IMG/VR virus record: IMGVR_UViG_3300025640_001000
Origin: a virus
Lineage: Duplodnaviria; Caudoviricetes
Reading direction: 5' to 3' (one strand)
Length of the DNA: 64,000 nucleotides
How positions within the stretch are numbered: position 1 is the first letter of the stretch; each line of letters opens with the position of its first letter. The notes beneath the pieces were generated by a model. The model was not told where the DNA came from and did no database searches. It saw only the letters and a list, made by a program, of their open reading frames with translations. The position numbers were made by a program, and so were the translations under genes. Positions 28,090-38,445 of this stretch are shown one piece after another.

Positions 28090-30615
28090 ATGATGGGAGA
28101 CCTTACACCAAGAGCACAACAAGCACTTGCTTTAAGCAAGCGAGTAGCAGTAGAAATGGAATCAACCTATGTAGGAACAGAACACCTACTTGTCGGTATT
28201 ATCACACTCGGTCAGGGTGTCGCAGTTAATGCCCTTCTTAGAATGGGAGTGGATTTTGTGTCAGTTCGTGCAGAAGTTGAAAAAGAATCAGCAAAAAACA
28301 AAAAGCAAAACAAAAAAAGTGATATTACTCATACACCTCGTTTGAAAAAAGTAATTGCACTTGCTGGAAAAGAAGCAAAGGAATTGAGTCATAGTTATGT
28401 TGGAACAGAGCATTTATTGCTCGGGTTACTTCGTGACAATGAAGGTATTGCATATAAAATTCTTAAAAACCTCGATATTGATTTAGAAACTTGCAGAAAA
28501 GAAATTCTTGCAGAAATTGATCCCAATTTTGAAGCAGACAACATGGAATCTGCGGTTGCAGGTGGTTCTGAAAAGTCATCTACTTCAAATTCTAAAACTC
28601 CTGCGTTAAAATCGTTTGGACGAGAATTGGTTGAACTTGCCAATGAAGGAAAAATTGATCCGGTTATTGGTAGAAAAGATGAAATCGCAAGAATGATTCA
28701 GATATTGTGCAGACGAACCAAAAATAATCCAATTCTTATTGGAGAAGCAGGTGTAGGAAAAACTGCAATCGTTGAAGGCCTTGCCCAAGAAATTGCGTTG
28801 GGTACCGTACCTGAAATGTTGTTAGACAAAAAAGTTTATATGCTTGATTTGGCAGCTATGGTTGCAGGAACAAAATATCGTGGTCAATTTGAAGAACGTA
28901 TCAAGTCGGTAATGAAAGAAGTTCAAGTTGCCGGAAACATTATTTTGTTTATTGATGAAATGCATACTATCGTAGGAGCAGGTGCAGCCGAAGGTTCTAT
29001 GGATGCATCTAATATCATTAAACCTGCGTTGAGCAGAGGAGAAATGCAATGTATTGGTGCTACCACAATGGAAGAGTATCGCAAGTATATTGAAAAGGAT
29101 AATGCTCTTGAAAGACGATTTCAACAAGTTCAAGTTGCTCCACCATCTGTTGATGATTCAATTTTAATTCTTCGTGGCATTCGTCACAAATATGAAGAAC
29201 ATCACAAAGTTGAATACTCCGATGAAGCACTTGTGTCTACGGTTAAATTAGCAGATAGATACATTACAGGTAGATTTCTTCCTGATAAAGCAATTGACAT
29301 TTTAGATGAAACTGGTTCACGTGTACGCATCGAATCTTTAAAGAAACCAAAAGAACTTGATCATCTTGAAACCAAGATTAAAGAATCTTGTATTGGTAAA
29401 GAAGAAGCAGTTTCAAAACAAGACTTTGAAAATGCGGCTGCTTGGAGAGACAAAGAAAGAAAACAAAAAGACAGACGAGACAAACTTCTTGATCGTTGGA
29501 AAAATACTCGCAAGGATGCTATTATTCCTGTGCAAGAAGACGATATATTGAAAGTTATATCTGCATGGACGGGAGTTCCTCTTAGTCGTATGGAAAAAAC
29601 CGAAGCACAACGATTGCTTGGATTGGAAAAACGATTACAAACAAAAGTTATTGGTCAAGATTATGCCGGAAACATTATTTCCAAGGCATTGCGTAGAAGT
29701 AGGGTTGATTTGAAAGACCCAAAACGACCCATTGGTTCATTTATGTTTCTAGGACCGACAGGTGTAGGTAAAACTTATTTGGCAAAGTGTTTAGCAGAAG
29801 ATATTTTCGGAAATCAAGATACCATTCTTCAGATTGATATGAGTGAGTATATGGAAAAACACTCGGTGTCTCGTTTGATTGGATCTCCTCCTGGATATGT
29901 TGGATATGAAGATGCGGGTCAATTAACCGAGGCAGTTAGACGAAATCCTTATTCGGTGGTGTTGTTTGACGAAATTGAAAAAGCACATCCTGATATTTGT
30001 CAGTTGTTGTTGCAAGTATTAGAAGAAGGACATCTTACCGACAACGTCGGAAGACGAATTGATTTCCGTAATACAATTGTTATTATGACTTCTAATGTAG
30101 GTGCAGAAATATTGCAAAGAAGTGTTTCGTTGGGATTTGGTGCAGGTCAAGATGTTGAAAATGATTACGAAAATACCAAAGCAAAAATCTTGGAAGAAGC
30201 AAAGAAAACATTTCGTCCTGAGTTTTTAAATCGTCTTGATGATCTCGTTATTTTCAGAAAATTGACAAAAGATCACATCACTCATATTGTTGATTTAGAA
30301 ATTGAAAAACTGCGTGAACGAGTTAAAGAAAAAGGATACGCAATCAGAATTTCCAAAGCAGTTAAAGAATTTCTTGTGGAAGAAGGATACGATGACAAAA
30401 TGGGTGCAAGGCCTTTACGTCGTGCAGTTGAACGATATTTAGAAGACACCTTGGCAGAATCAATTTTGCAAGAGGAAATAACAAGTGAAGGAAACAATCT
30501 ACTTGTTGCTAAAATCAAAGATAAAAAAGAAATCTATTTTGAAGCATCCTCAACTCCAACTCCAACTCCAATCAAAAAAGAAAACAAGGACACAAAAACC
30601 AACCAAAAGAAGTAG
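28090..30615 (+). CDS. clpC: ATP-dependent Clp protease ATP-binding subunit ClpC
   Basis: Two Clp-N repeats (YVGTEHLL), Walker A GEAGVGKT and [17 protein letters not shown] pore loop, UVR-type M domain, LGFG ClpP-docking loop. Confidence 0.93.
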   Translation: MMGDLTPRAQQALALSKRVAVEMESTYVGTEHLLVGIITLGQGVAVNALLRMGVDFVSVRAEVEKESAKNKKQNKKSDITHTPRLKKVIALAGKEAKELSHSYVGTEHLLLGLLRDNEGIAYKILKNLDIDLETCRKEILAEIDPNFEADNMESAVAGGSEKSSTSNSKTPALKSFGRELVELANEGKIDPVIGRKDEIARMIQILCRRTKNNPILIGEAGVGKTAIVEGLAQEIALGTVPEMLLDKKVYMLDLAAMVAGTKYRGQFEERIKSVMKEVQVAGNIILFIDEMHTIVGAGAAEGSMDASNIIKPALSRGEMQCIGATTMEEYRKYIEKDNALERRFQQVQVAPPSVDDSILILRGIRHKYEEHHKVEYSDEALVSTVKLADRYITGRFLPDKAIDILDETGSRVRIESLKKPKELDHLETKIKESCIGKEEAVSKQDFENAAAWRDKERKQKDRRDKLLDRWKNTRKDAIIPVQEDDILKVISAWTGVPLSRMEKTEAQRLLGLEKRLQTKVIGQDYAGNIISKALRRSRVDLKDPKRPIGSFMFLGPTGVGKTYLAKCLAEDIFGNQDTILQIDMSEYMEKHSVSRLIGSPPGYVGYEDAGQLTEAVRRNPYSVVLFDEIEKAHPDICQLLLQVLEEGHLTDNVGRRIDFRNTIVIMTSNVGAEILQRSVSLGFGAGQDVENDYENTKAKILEEAKKTFRPEFLNRLDDLVIFRKLTKDHITHIVDLEIEKLRERVKEKGYAIRISKAVKEFLVEEGYDDKMGARPLRRAVERYLEDTLAESILQEEITSEGNNLLVAKIKDKKEIYFEASSTPTPTPIKKENKDTKTNQKK

Positions 30616-30635
30616 TTCATATATATTTATGCTAT

Positions 30636-31184
30636 ATGAAACTTAAAAGCTTACTGTCAGAAGCAAAGCAGTATAAAATATATTGCGACATGGATGGAGT
30701 TCTCACAGATTTTAGTGGGGATTTTATGAAACTTGCAAAGCAACTTGGTGAGATTGATATTTCAGAACGAGATGATGTACCCAACAACGCAGCTGCTCGT
30801 TACGAAAAAATTCACGGAGCAGAAGCATTTTGGAAAGTAGTTGAAGATGGTGGTTTAAAGTTTTGGTCTGATATGAGTTGGATGCCCGGCGGTAAGAAAT
30901 TGTGGAGTTACATTTCTAAACTTGATACTGAAATATTAAGTGCTCCTAGCAAACGAGTTTTACAAACTTGTATGAAAGGAAAAAAAATGTGGTGTTCTAA
31001 ACTCGGTTCACCGAAAATTCACTTTCGTTCAGCAAGTAAAAAAAGAGAGTTCGCAAACAAAAATTCTATACTAATTGATGACCTCAAATCAAACATTTCT
31101 GCGTGGAACGCATCAGGTGGTGTAGGCATTCATCACAAAACTACCAATTCTACAATAGCACAACTCAAAGAATTGGGTATGTAA
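30636..31184 (+). CDS. HAD 5'(3')-deoxyribonucleotidase-like protein
   Basis: IYCDMDGVLTDF, ILSAP, ILIDD; N-terminal MKLKSLLSE. Confidence 0.8.
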   Translation: MKLKSLLSEAKQYKIYCDMDGVLTDFSGDFMKLAKQLGEIDISERDDVPNNAAARYEKIHGAEAFWKVVEDGGLKFWSDMSWMPGGKKLWSYISKLDTEILSAPSKRVLQTCMKGKKMWCSKLGSPKIHFRSASKKREFANKNSILIDDLKSNISAWNASGGVGIHHKTTNSTIAQLKELGM

Positions 31185-31212
31185 TTGATTATTAAGTCTA
31201 TTTATAATAGAC

Positions 31213-34200
31213 ATGGCAGACAATAATTCAGTTAGACCAGGAGATGTATCTGATACAGGTGATGGAATAAATGTAAAAGATTTATTGCATTTAAGTGATG
31301 TTATTGATAATCGTTCAAGTGCAACGGCAAATTCAAATCTTTATGATATCAACGAAGATTCTACCATTTCTCAACAAGATGCAGATGATTTGTATGATAT
31401 ATTAAGAGGAGACAAACCTGCACCTGATGCAATCCAGAGAGTTGAATTCAGATGGGTATATAACGAAGAACAAGATGACCGATTTCTTCAAATCAAAAAT
31501 TGGAATGGTTATCAAAATTTTGTGGCCATGGGTAATGTATCTGAGTATGCGAATGTATATTGGTTTTATGAAAATACTTTTAATGCACTTGATGAAGATG
31601 AATCCAGGTTGGTTTTACGACCATCCGTTGCTGATAACTATCCGTTTGAAAAAAACTTTGATGTAGATGAAGATACACACATAGAGTTTATACTTAAAGA
31701 AGGAGTTTATAGATTATACATAAATGGGTTTCCTGCTATAATGTATTGGGTCGGAGCTGGTGGACAAGTTAAACTAGACGATGCGAATCCACCGGTTTAT
31801 ACAGACGGAGAATCTGAAAGTGGTTATTATCCACTTTCTAAAAAGTCGATGTCTTGTTTTATTTCCACGTGGGAAATTGGTGCAGACTCACTTGAAATTG
31901 AACTTCCGTTGGGTGAACACAGTCACTGGCCAATAAATCAGTTTAGTGTTGATTATGGTGATGGCACACCTGTATTTTATACAGGCGACACCGAAACACC
32001 CGAGAAAGTTTCTCACACATATGCTCAGGCAGGAACTTATGAAATTAAAATCACAGGGAAACTTAAAACTTGGTCATTTAATAACGATGAGTTTTCATCA
32101 AATATAACAAACATATCAAGTTGGGGTTGTTTGGATTTAACAACAACTACACATCAATTTGATGGATGCATTAATCTTGATGTCACTGCAACTGATTATC
32201 CTACTATTGGCAATAACACTAGTTTAGAATGTTGTTTTCAGAATTGCTCTTCGTTGACAGGTGGAGTCAGTAATTGGAAAGTAAACAATGTGGTAAACTT
32301 TGAAAAGATGTTTAACGGATGCATAAACTTTAATGACGATGTTTCAAACTGGAATACATCATCTGCAACAAACATGATTTCAATGTTTATGAATGCTTCG
32401 TCTTTTAATATTGATGTTAACACCAAGCAAATCGGAAACGAAACTGCGTGGGATGTATCAAAAGTGACGGATGCGAATAGAATGTTTGCGGGGTGTACAC
32501 TTTACGATCAATCAATTCATTTATGGAACATTAGTATTATACAAAATATGGAATTAATTTTCAATGGTGTAACTCTTTCTTTGTGTAATTACGTAAAAAT
32601 GATAAGAAACTGGGCAGGATTAACATTTGAAAACACTAATATAAAATTCGGAGCTTCATCGTGTAAATATGATTATGCTACTCAGTCATATCGAATACGA
32701 TTACAACAATCTATGAATATAACAGATGAAGGCTTAGATACAGAAAATGTATGTGAGGGGTCTGTGCTTTATGCAACACTTGTAAACCCAACACTTGCTC
32801 ATTTAAATTCTGGAAATGATCTTATGGATTCACGAAAATGGCAAGCCGTGTGGGACGATCCCAATAATCAATATCAGTATGAGGCAATATTTCTTCCTTT
32901 TTATGATATAGATTATCAATTAAGTAAGTCACTTTATGATGCGGAAAACAATAAACTTAGTGATCATGTTAATGTAAACACTAAACCTTATTTAATGTTT
33001 GATGTAACATTTGAAAATTCTACATACAATTATGAACATACATGGTCTATAGACATCGGAACAGTTTTAATAATTGATGAACCGATGACAGATGATTGGA
33101 AAGCAACATTAAAAACTCAATATCCAACTGCTAGTATCGTAGATAATATAACAGAAATTGACTCTTTGGATGCAACCACGACCACAAAAATAATAATCCC
33201 AGTTGGAAATTTATATGTTGCAACGGTTGAAGATTACATTTCAATGGAAAGACCGTTACCTACACAATTACCTTGGCCTGGAGAGCATATGTATGTTTTT
33301 CGTAAAAATGAAACATCTACTGATATGATAAATTCCGAAAAGGTACGAGTGGATAATTTCGACTTAGGATATGTAAGTGCAAATTTTGCAGGTTACCCAC
33401 AAACGATGTGTATGTATGTAGATAATGGATTATCTGGTATGATGGTGTATATGGTGAGAAGAACTCCCACAGATGCAAAAGATGATCGCATACAAGAAAT
33501 TGTTAACATTGAAGTGGTGATGAAAACATCCGGAGTTTGGAAAGATGCTCGTAAAATTGAGGACATAATTCCCGAAATAAGTCAATCAACACTTATGCCT
33601 AATATAAAAAAGTCAGGAAAAATTGTTTATTGTTCTCATGTTAAAAAATTATTGTTGTATTGTCACACAGGTTGTATTTGGTTAAATTATGATGATGTAT
33701 CAAATTCACTTTCATATCATCTTGAGAGTACTCCGGGTGGTGACCACGATTTTCCTGCACCCACTTACTCCGCATTTATAGATGCGAATCAAAACTTGGA
33801 TCTTTTGTATGAAGATGGAATTCGTAAGTTTTCGGATTCCGGATATTCAGAGAAACTGACGGTTGAATATACAATTCCAGGTGTATGTCGTGATCCACAT
33901 ATAAGATATAATCGTAAAAATGATACTATTGAAGTTACTTACTTTACTAGTGTAGATACATGGATTCCATTTAGTGGAAATTTAGTTTGTGTAAAAGATA
34001 GTTACACACTAGATCAAACTCTTCGTCCACAGAAAGTTACTTCATCTACAATGACAAAAAAGGTGGTTGATGAAACAGGAGAATCTATATATCCACAACT
34101 TTTTCCGAATCTGGGAGATCAACCACATTTTCATTACTCTGATGACTTCGCTTGTATGTCCATTTTTCCAGTAGGAGCATCTGATGATGTAAATTCTATT

Positions 34201-34629
34201 TACTTTCCTACAGAGTTTTATTGGAATGTAGGATCAGATAGAATGCCGCTGTTGTATCATAACACAGAAACACATCACACTCAATCATTTGAATTAGAGT
34301 GTGGTGTGTTGTTGTATGCCTGTATATCACATGGAATGTTAATTACACTTGAATATGACGAAGATGTTACACTTGCATCTAATAACATTTATATAAGATT
34401 CACTCAAATAAACACAAACGATCCAGTGAACATTCAATTGTCTCAAATTGGTGAACGAAAAAATATAAAAGATATGGGATTTCAGATTCCTGATCCTGAG
34501 GGTAATAATAAATATAATCCTACTCCAGATAGATTTACTTCATGGCAATATGGAGTATCTGGAGACGGTGATTGGTTATCGTTTGCTCCGAACGCAAACA
34601 AAGATATATTTTCTGTGTTGATAACTTAA
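31213..34629 (+). CDS. Dockerin-like + PKD-like + DUF285/BspA repeat mosaic protein
   Basis: GDVSDTGDGINVKDLLHL...DINEDSTISQQDADDL; VDYGDG..HTYAQAGTYEIKITG; WNTSSATNMISMF/WDVSKVT repeats. Confidence 0.75.
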   Translation: MADNNSVRPGDVSDTGDGINVKDLLHLSDVIDNRSSATANSNLYDINEDSTISQQDADDLYDILRGDKPAPDAIQRVEFRWVYNEEQDDRFLQIKNWNGYQNFVAMGNVSEYANVYWFYENTFNALDEDESRLVLRPSVADNYPFEKNFDVDEDTHIEFILKEGVYRLYINGFPAIMYWVGAGGQVKLDDANPPVYTDGESESGYYPLSKKSMSCFISTWEIGADSLEIELPLGEHSHWPINQFSVDYGDGTPVFYTGDTETPEKVSHTYAQAGTYEIKITGKLKTWSFNNDEFSSNITNISSWGCLDLTTTTHQFDGCINLDVTATDYPTIGNNTSLECCFQNCSSLTGGVSNWKVNNVVNFEKMFNGCINFNDDVSNWNTSSATNMISMFMNASSFNIDVNTKQIGNETAWDVSKVTDANRMFAGCTLYDQSIHLWNISIIQNMELIFNGVTLSLCNYVKMIRNWAGLTFENTNIKFGASSCKYDYATQSYRIRLQQSMNITDEGLDTENVCEGSVLYATLVNPTLAHLNSGNDLMDSRKWQAVWDDPNNQYQYEAIFLPFYDIDYQLSKSLYDAENNKLSDHVNVNTKPYLMFDVTFENSTYNYEHTWSIDIGTVLIIDEPMTDDWKATLKTQYPTASIVDNITEIDSLDATTTTKIIIPVGNLYVATVEDYISMERPLPTQLPWPGEHMYVFRKNETSTDMINSEKVRVDNFDLGYVSANFAGYPQTMCMYVDNGLSGMMVYMVRRTPTDAKDDRIQEIVNIEVVMKTSGVWKDARKIEDIIPEISQSTLMPNIKKSGKIVYCSHVKKLLLYCHTGCIWLNYDDVSNSLSYHLESTPGGDHDFPAPTYSAFIDANQNLDLLYEDGIRKFSDSGYSEKLTVEYTIPGVCRDPHIRYNRKNDTIEVTYFTSVDTWIPFSGNLVCVKDSYTLDQTLRPQKVTSSTMTKKVVDETGESIYPQLFPNLGDQPHFHYSDDFACMSIFPVGASDDVNSIYFPTEFYWNVGSDRMPLLYHNTETHHTQSFELECGVLLYACISHGMLITLEYDEDVTLASNNIYIRFTQINTNDPVNIQLSQIGERKNIKDMGFQIPDPEGNNKYNPTPDRFTSWQYGVSGDGDWLSFAPNANKDIFSVLIT

Positions 34630-35168
34630 TGATTTCACACGATAAGAAATTTATTTTTGTTCATGTTCCAAGAACTGGTGGAACGAGTTTAGAATCTTTT
34701 TTTTGTGAATCGCAACTTAAACACATCCATTTTAAACAAAAACATTCTAGGCATGAACATGAGTTACAAGATCATATTGATTATTTTTCTTTTTCTTTTG
34801 TAAGAAATCCGTGGGAAAGAATGTTGTCGTTTTACCTTTTTGATATAGTAGGTAGCACTAAATACTCTTTGTATAATTGGTTAAAATTAACTCGTATAAG
34901 AAATCGTTTTGCTCAATCTATGAGTTTTTTTATTATGCACAACGAAAAACCTAGAGTTAATTTTGTTGGAAGATATGAAAATTATCATACAGATGTGAAA
35001 TATATTTGTAACAAATTAAACATAGAATACGCAGAACTACCTGTTTTGAACAAAACAAATCATAATTATTATGTTGATTACTATGACGAGAAAACAAAAA
35101 AACTAGTTGAAAGTATGTATAAAGAAGACATACTGAATTTTGAATATGAATTTGGAAAAAATAACTGA
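34629..35168 (+). CDS. Sulfotransferase family 2 protein
   Basis: MISHDKKFIFVHVPRTGGTS, FVRNPWERMLS; start overlaps the previous stop (TAATG). Confidence 0.8.
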   Translation: MISHDKKFIFVHVPRTGGTSLESFFCESQLKHIHFKQKHSRHEHELQDHIDYFSFSFVRNPWERMLSFYLFDIVGSTKYSLYNWLKLTRIRNRFAQSMSFFIMHNEKPRVNFVGRYENYHTDVKYICNKLNIEYAELPVLNKTNHNYYVDYYDEKTKKLVESMYKEDILNFEYEFGKNN

Positions 35169-35783
35169 ATGATTTCTCACGACAACGGAGTAATTTATAT
35201 AGATATACCATTTTCGGGTGGAAGCTCTTTCAAAGAATTTTATATTGACAAGCATAAAGATTCAATGAAAACTATAGAAGGTGAAAATCGTCAAGCAGTT
35301 GATAAAGCAACGGGTAAGTATATAAAACAATTTTTTGATTATGATATTTTCACAATAGTCAAAAATCCATATCATCGTGCAGTTGATATGTGGTCAGTTG
35401 CTCAATCTAAATATAAAAAAACAAACATCAAAAAACAAACAATAGGTGAGTATTACGAGAATTTATTGAACAAGTGGGATTGTGCTGATGGAGATGCCAT
35501 TGTTCGTCAAGTTGATTATTTAAAAAGCAACAATGATTGTTACTTTGGAGTATCTGATGTTTCATTTGAAACAGAGCATTTGTTTTATTTTGAAGACTTG
35601 ATTGATTCAAAGTTAGATTCAATAAATTTGTTTTTTTCCGAAAATTATATGCCAAGGTTAGCATTTTATGTAGAGTTTTCTCCAAACGAATCTTGGAGGG
35701 ATCATTACGACAAACATTCTATTGAAATTATTAACTATATTTTTGACGAAGATTTTGAATATTGTGGTTATGGAAAAATTTAA
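35169..35783 (+). CDS. Divergent sulfotransferase family 2 protein
   Basis: IYIDIPFSGGSS (PSB Lys replaced by Phe), IVKNPYHRAV, DFEYCGY. Confidence 0.6.
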   Translation: MISHDNGVIYIDIPFSGGSSFKEFYIDKHKDSMKTIEGENRQAVDKATGKYIKQFFDYDIFTIVKNPYHRAVDMWSVAQSKYKKTNIKKQTIGEYYENLLNKWDCADGDAIVRQVDYLKSNNDCYFGVSDVSFETEHLFYFEDLIDSKLDSINLFFSENYMPRLAFYVEFSPNESWRDHYDKHSIEIINYIFDEDFEYCGYGKI

Positions 35784-35804
35784 TTTTACTATTTATTTAT
35801 AAGT

Positions 35805-38441
35805 ATGGAAGAGGATTTTTACTGCGGAGACATCGTTGAACCTGGTAGTCACATCTCATTGGATGATGTGATTCATTATTTTAATATATTTAATGGAGAC
35901 GTTCGTGAGTCTTCGTTATCGCCAACTCAACGCAAATTGCTAAACATTTTAAACTCAGAGCAATATGCTGGAGTAGACAAAACAAATCTTGATGAACTAT
36001 ATAATGTATTATCAGGAATTGCAGCTTCAGTATTATGCGTGGATCGTCCTGTTGAATGTTGTTTAGGAAAAAACGAAATTCAAACATACGGAACAACTGA
36101 AGAATATCCTGCTATAAAAGGAGTATCAGTTCAAGTATTTGAAGAAAACGGCCTTGTTTGTTTTAATGATTTAGAACTAGATGGATTGAGTTATCCATAT
36201 GGAGTTACTGTAAATAAAAAAGATGGAAGTTTCGTTTATGGTAAAATAAAAGCAACTGGAAAATTTACAAACAATGAAATTGTTTATTATTCACCTGCCG
36301 GAGATTTTTACACTGGTCGTTTAACAACAACTTCTGGATTTGATAATCAACTTGATTATGCGGGTGAATGTATCTTAGACGGAGAACCCATACCAAATCC
36401 AACACCAACACCAACATATGTTCCGAAACCTCCGTGTGAAGATCATGCGTGTAATTTAACATTAACTCCACATGATGAATATGTTAATTTCCAACGATCA
36501 TTTAGTATTCTTGGAAATGCCGGAACAGGAGAACGAGAATTAGATGGAAGTTCACAGGTAAAATACTTGGTTCCTGAAAAACTTCAAGTTAATACAATTA
36601 GTTCTCCTGGATATGCTTCTAATTGGGTTTGTGTACTTTTTGATAAACGGTACACTTTGCAAAATAGATTTGAATTTTTATGTACCACTCTTGAGTTTAC
36701 TGCAACCAGTGATCGTGATACAAGTGTTGGTTTTCTTGTTAAGCAGAACGATAGTTACTATCGTTATCAAATGGCCATTGGAACTAACTTTGATTTAAAC
36801 ATCAACGAGTTGCAATTATCACAAGATAGTTTCAAGAAAATTTATGGTGGTGGACCTGAACAACTTGATTTTTACAAAAATGCAGATTTTGAATTTGGAT
36901 TGGATTTTTCAAGTACAGGTTCTTCTACTTTTAGTGTAATAACAAAATTAAGCATTTGTCTTGGTGGAGATTTTCTAGAATCTGAAGAAGCACCCACAGG
37001 ACCAGTTCAACCTACTCCTACTCCTACTCCTACTTATATAGATGATTCTGGAAGTTTGTATCTTGCGAGTGGTGAAGAAACTGAAGTTCATATTCCAAGC
37101 ATAGAATTTTTTGGTTGTGCAGGAACTCCGTGGGCAAGTGTTAAACGAACGGGTGCTAAACCACGATTCGCAGCTAAATATGGTCATGGTCAGACTGGTG
37201 ATGAAAATGGTGGATTTAGTAGTTACTCACTTCAACAAAAAGCATTTGAATTTCGTGGCAATACAATTGTCATAGGAGCACCACAAAGCAGAAATACTGC
37301 GGGTAATGTATATGTGTGGAATAAAAATAAAAGTCTGCAATCTGATGTGATCACCGAAACGGTATGGAAAACTTCAGGTGGAGCAAATCCAAATCAATCG
37401 TGTGATCCAATAAATCAACAATTTAGAGGTGACATTGTTAATAGTGGTTCTAACCTCGGTGACTTCGTTGCACTTAATATAAACGGAACAACTGCATTTT
37501 GTGGAGTTCCGAATTTACCACAAGGAAATCAAACTTCTCAAGTCGCAGGTGGTTATATGGATGTACCGATCAATTCCAGTAATGGTCTTGCAACTTTAAA
37601 TCAAAGCACAACCAAGTGCCACCGTATGATAAATTATGCAAATGGTGCGATGAACATTTCAGGTATTGCAGTAGATGGAAGCAACAATACAGCATTTGCT
37701 CGTCCTGCGTATAGCAATGGAATTGGGGCTGTTCAAATTGGAACTAGTTATGTTTTTTCTCCTACCAGTTCCAACGGACGATTCGGATTGAGTAAAGCAG
37801 GATCAAGAGTGCTTGCATCAGGTAACAATTTCTTTGTTGTTTCAAATTATTCTATAGGTGTAGTTTATATAATAACAAAACAAGGAAATGTGTGGGCAAT
37901 TCGTTCAACGATAAGTGCGGATAATTTACCTCCTGAATTTTCGGACTTGAATGATTTTGGTTTTAATGTAAGTGCTACACCACCAAACAAAACTTCACAA
38001 TACATTGCAGTTCAGGGCAAAAAAACAAATGATCATGTTGTAACTGCGATATTTGGAATTAGTATAATGGGTATTGCAACTTATGCAAATGTAATTGATC
38101 ATGGTTATACAACTATGATGGGATTGTGTGTAAATCAACGAGAAAATTCTATGCTTGGTAACATGGTAGATGTGTATGTTGGAAATGCAACTTCAACAAT
38201 TGATCATTACAATGGATTAACAGGAACAAAAGTTTCAAATACAATTGCTCCTGAGCATGGAAAAATAATAGTAGCAGGAGAAAAAACAACATCTGTGTCT
38301 AATTTAGGTGCGTGTATATCCACGAACGGAACACAGGTCGCAGTTTCGTGTTCTGCATTTGCGTATCAACCAGATGCTCAAGGCAACAAAGTAAATGCGG
38401 GTAACAATTCGTTTATAATATTCGACGTACAAAATAGTTAA
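35805..38441 (+). CDS. Mosaic protein: degenerate dockerin-like N-terminus, PT linkers, C-terminal FG-GAP-like propeller
   Basis: CGDIVEPGSHISLDDVIHYF...VDKTNLDELYNVLSG; IVIGAP..AGNVYVW; NLGDFVAL. Confidence 0.6.
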   Translation: MEEDFYCGDIVEPGSHISLDDVIHYFNIFNGDVRESSLSPTQRKLLNILNSEQYAGVDKTNLDELYNVLSGIAASVLCVDRPVECCLGKNEIQTYGTTEEYPAIKGVSVQVFEENGLVCFNDLELDGLSYPYGVTVNKKDGSFVYGKIKATGKFTNNEIVYYSPAGDFYTGRLTTTSGFDNQLDYAGECILDGEPIPNPTPTPTYVPKPPCEDHACNLTLTPHDEYVNFQRSFSILGNAGTGERELDGSSQVKYLVPEKLQVNTISSPGYASNWVCVLFDKRYTLQNRFEFLCTTLEFTATSDRDTSVGFLVKQNDSYYRYQMAIGTNFDLNINELQLSQDSFKKIYGGGPEQLDFYKNADFEFGLDFSSTGSSTFSVITKLSICLGGDFLESEEAPTGPVQPTPTPTPTYIDDSGSLYLASGEETEVHIPSIEFFGCAGTPWASVKRTGAKPRFAAKYGHGQTGDENGGFSSYSLQQKAFEFRGNTIVIGAPQSRNTAGNVYVWNKNKSLQSDVITETVWKTSGGANPNQSCDPINQQFRGDIVNSGSNLGDFVALNINGTTAFCGVPNLPQGNQTSQVAGGYMDVPINSSNGLATLNQSTTKCHRMINYANGAMNISGIAVDGSNNTAFARPAYSNGIGAVQIGTSYVFSPTSSNGRFGLSKAGSRVLASGNNFFVVSNYSIGVVYIITKQGNVWAIRSTISADNLPPEFSDLNDFGFNVSATPPNKTSQYIAVQGKKTNDHVVTAIFGISIMGIATYANVIDHGYTTMMGLCVNQRENSMLGNMVDVYVGNATSTIDHYNGLTGTKVSNTIAPEHGKIIVAGEKTTSVSNLGACISTNGTQVAVSCSAFAYQPDAQGNKVNAGNNSFIIFDVQNS

Positions 38442-38445
38442 TATA

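Noticed and set aside
30548-30572. TPTPTP tract at the ClpC C-terminus as a link to the PT-linker system
   Set aside because: Too short and lies in a typically low-complexity tail
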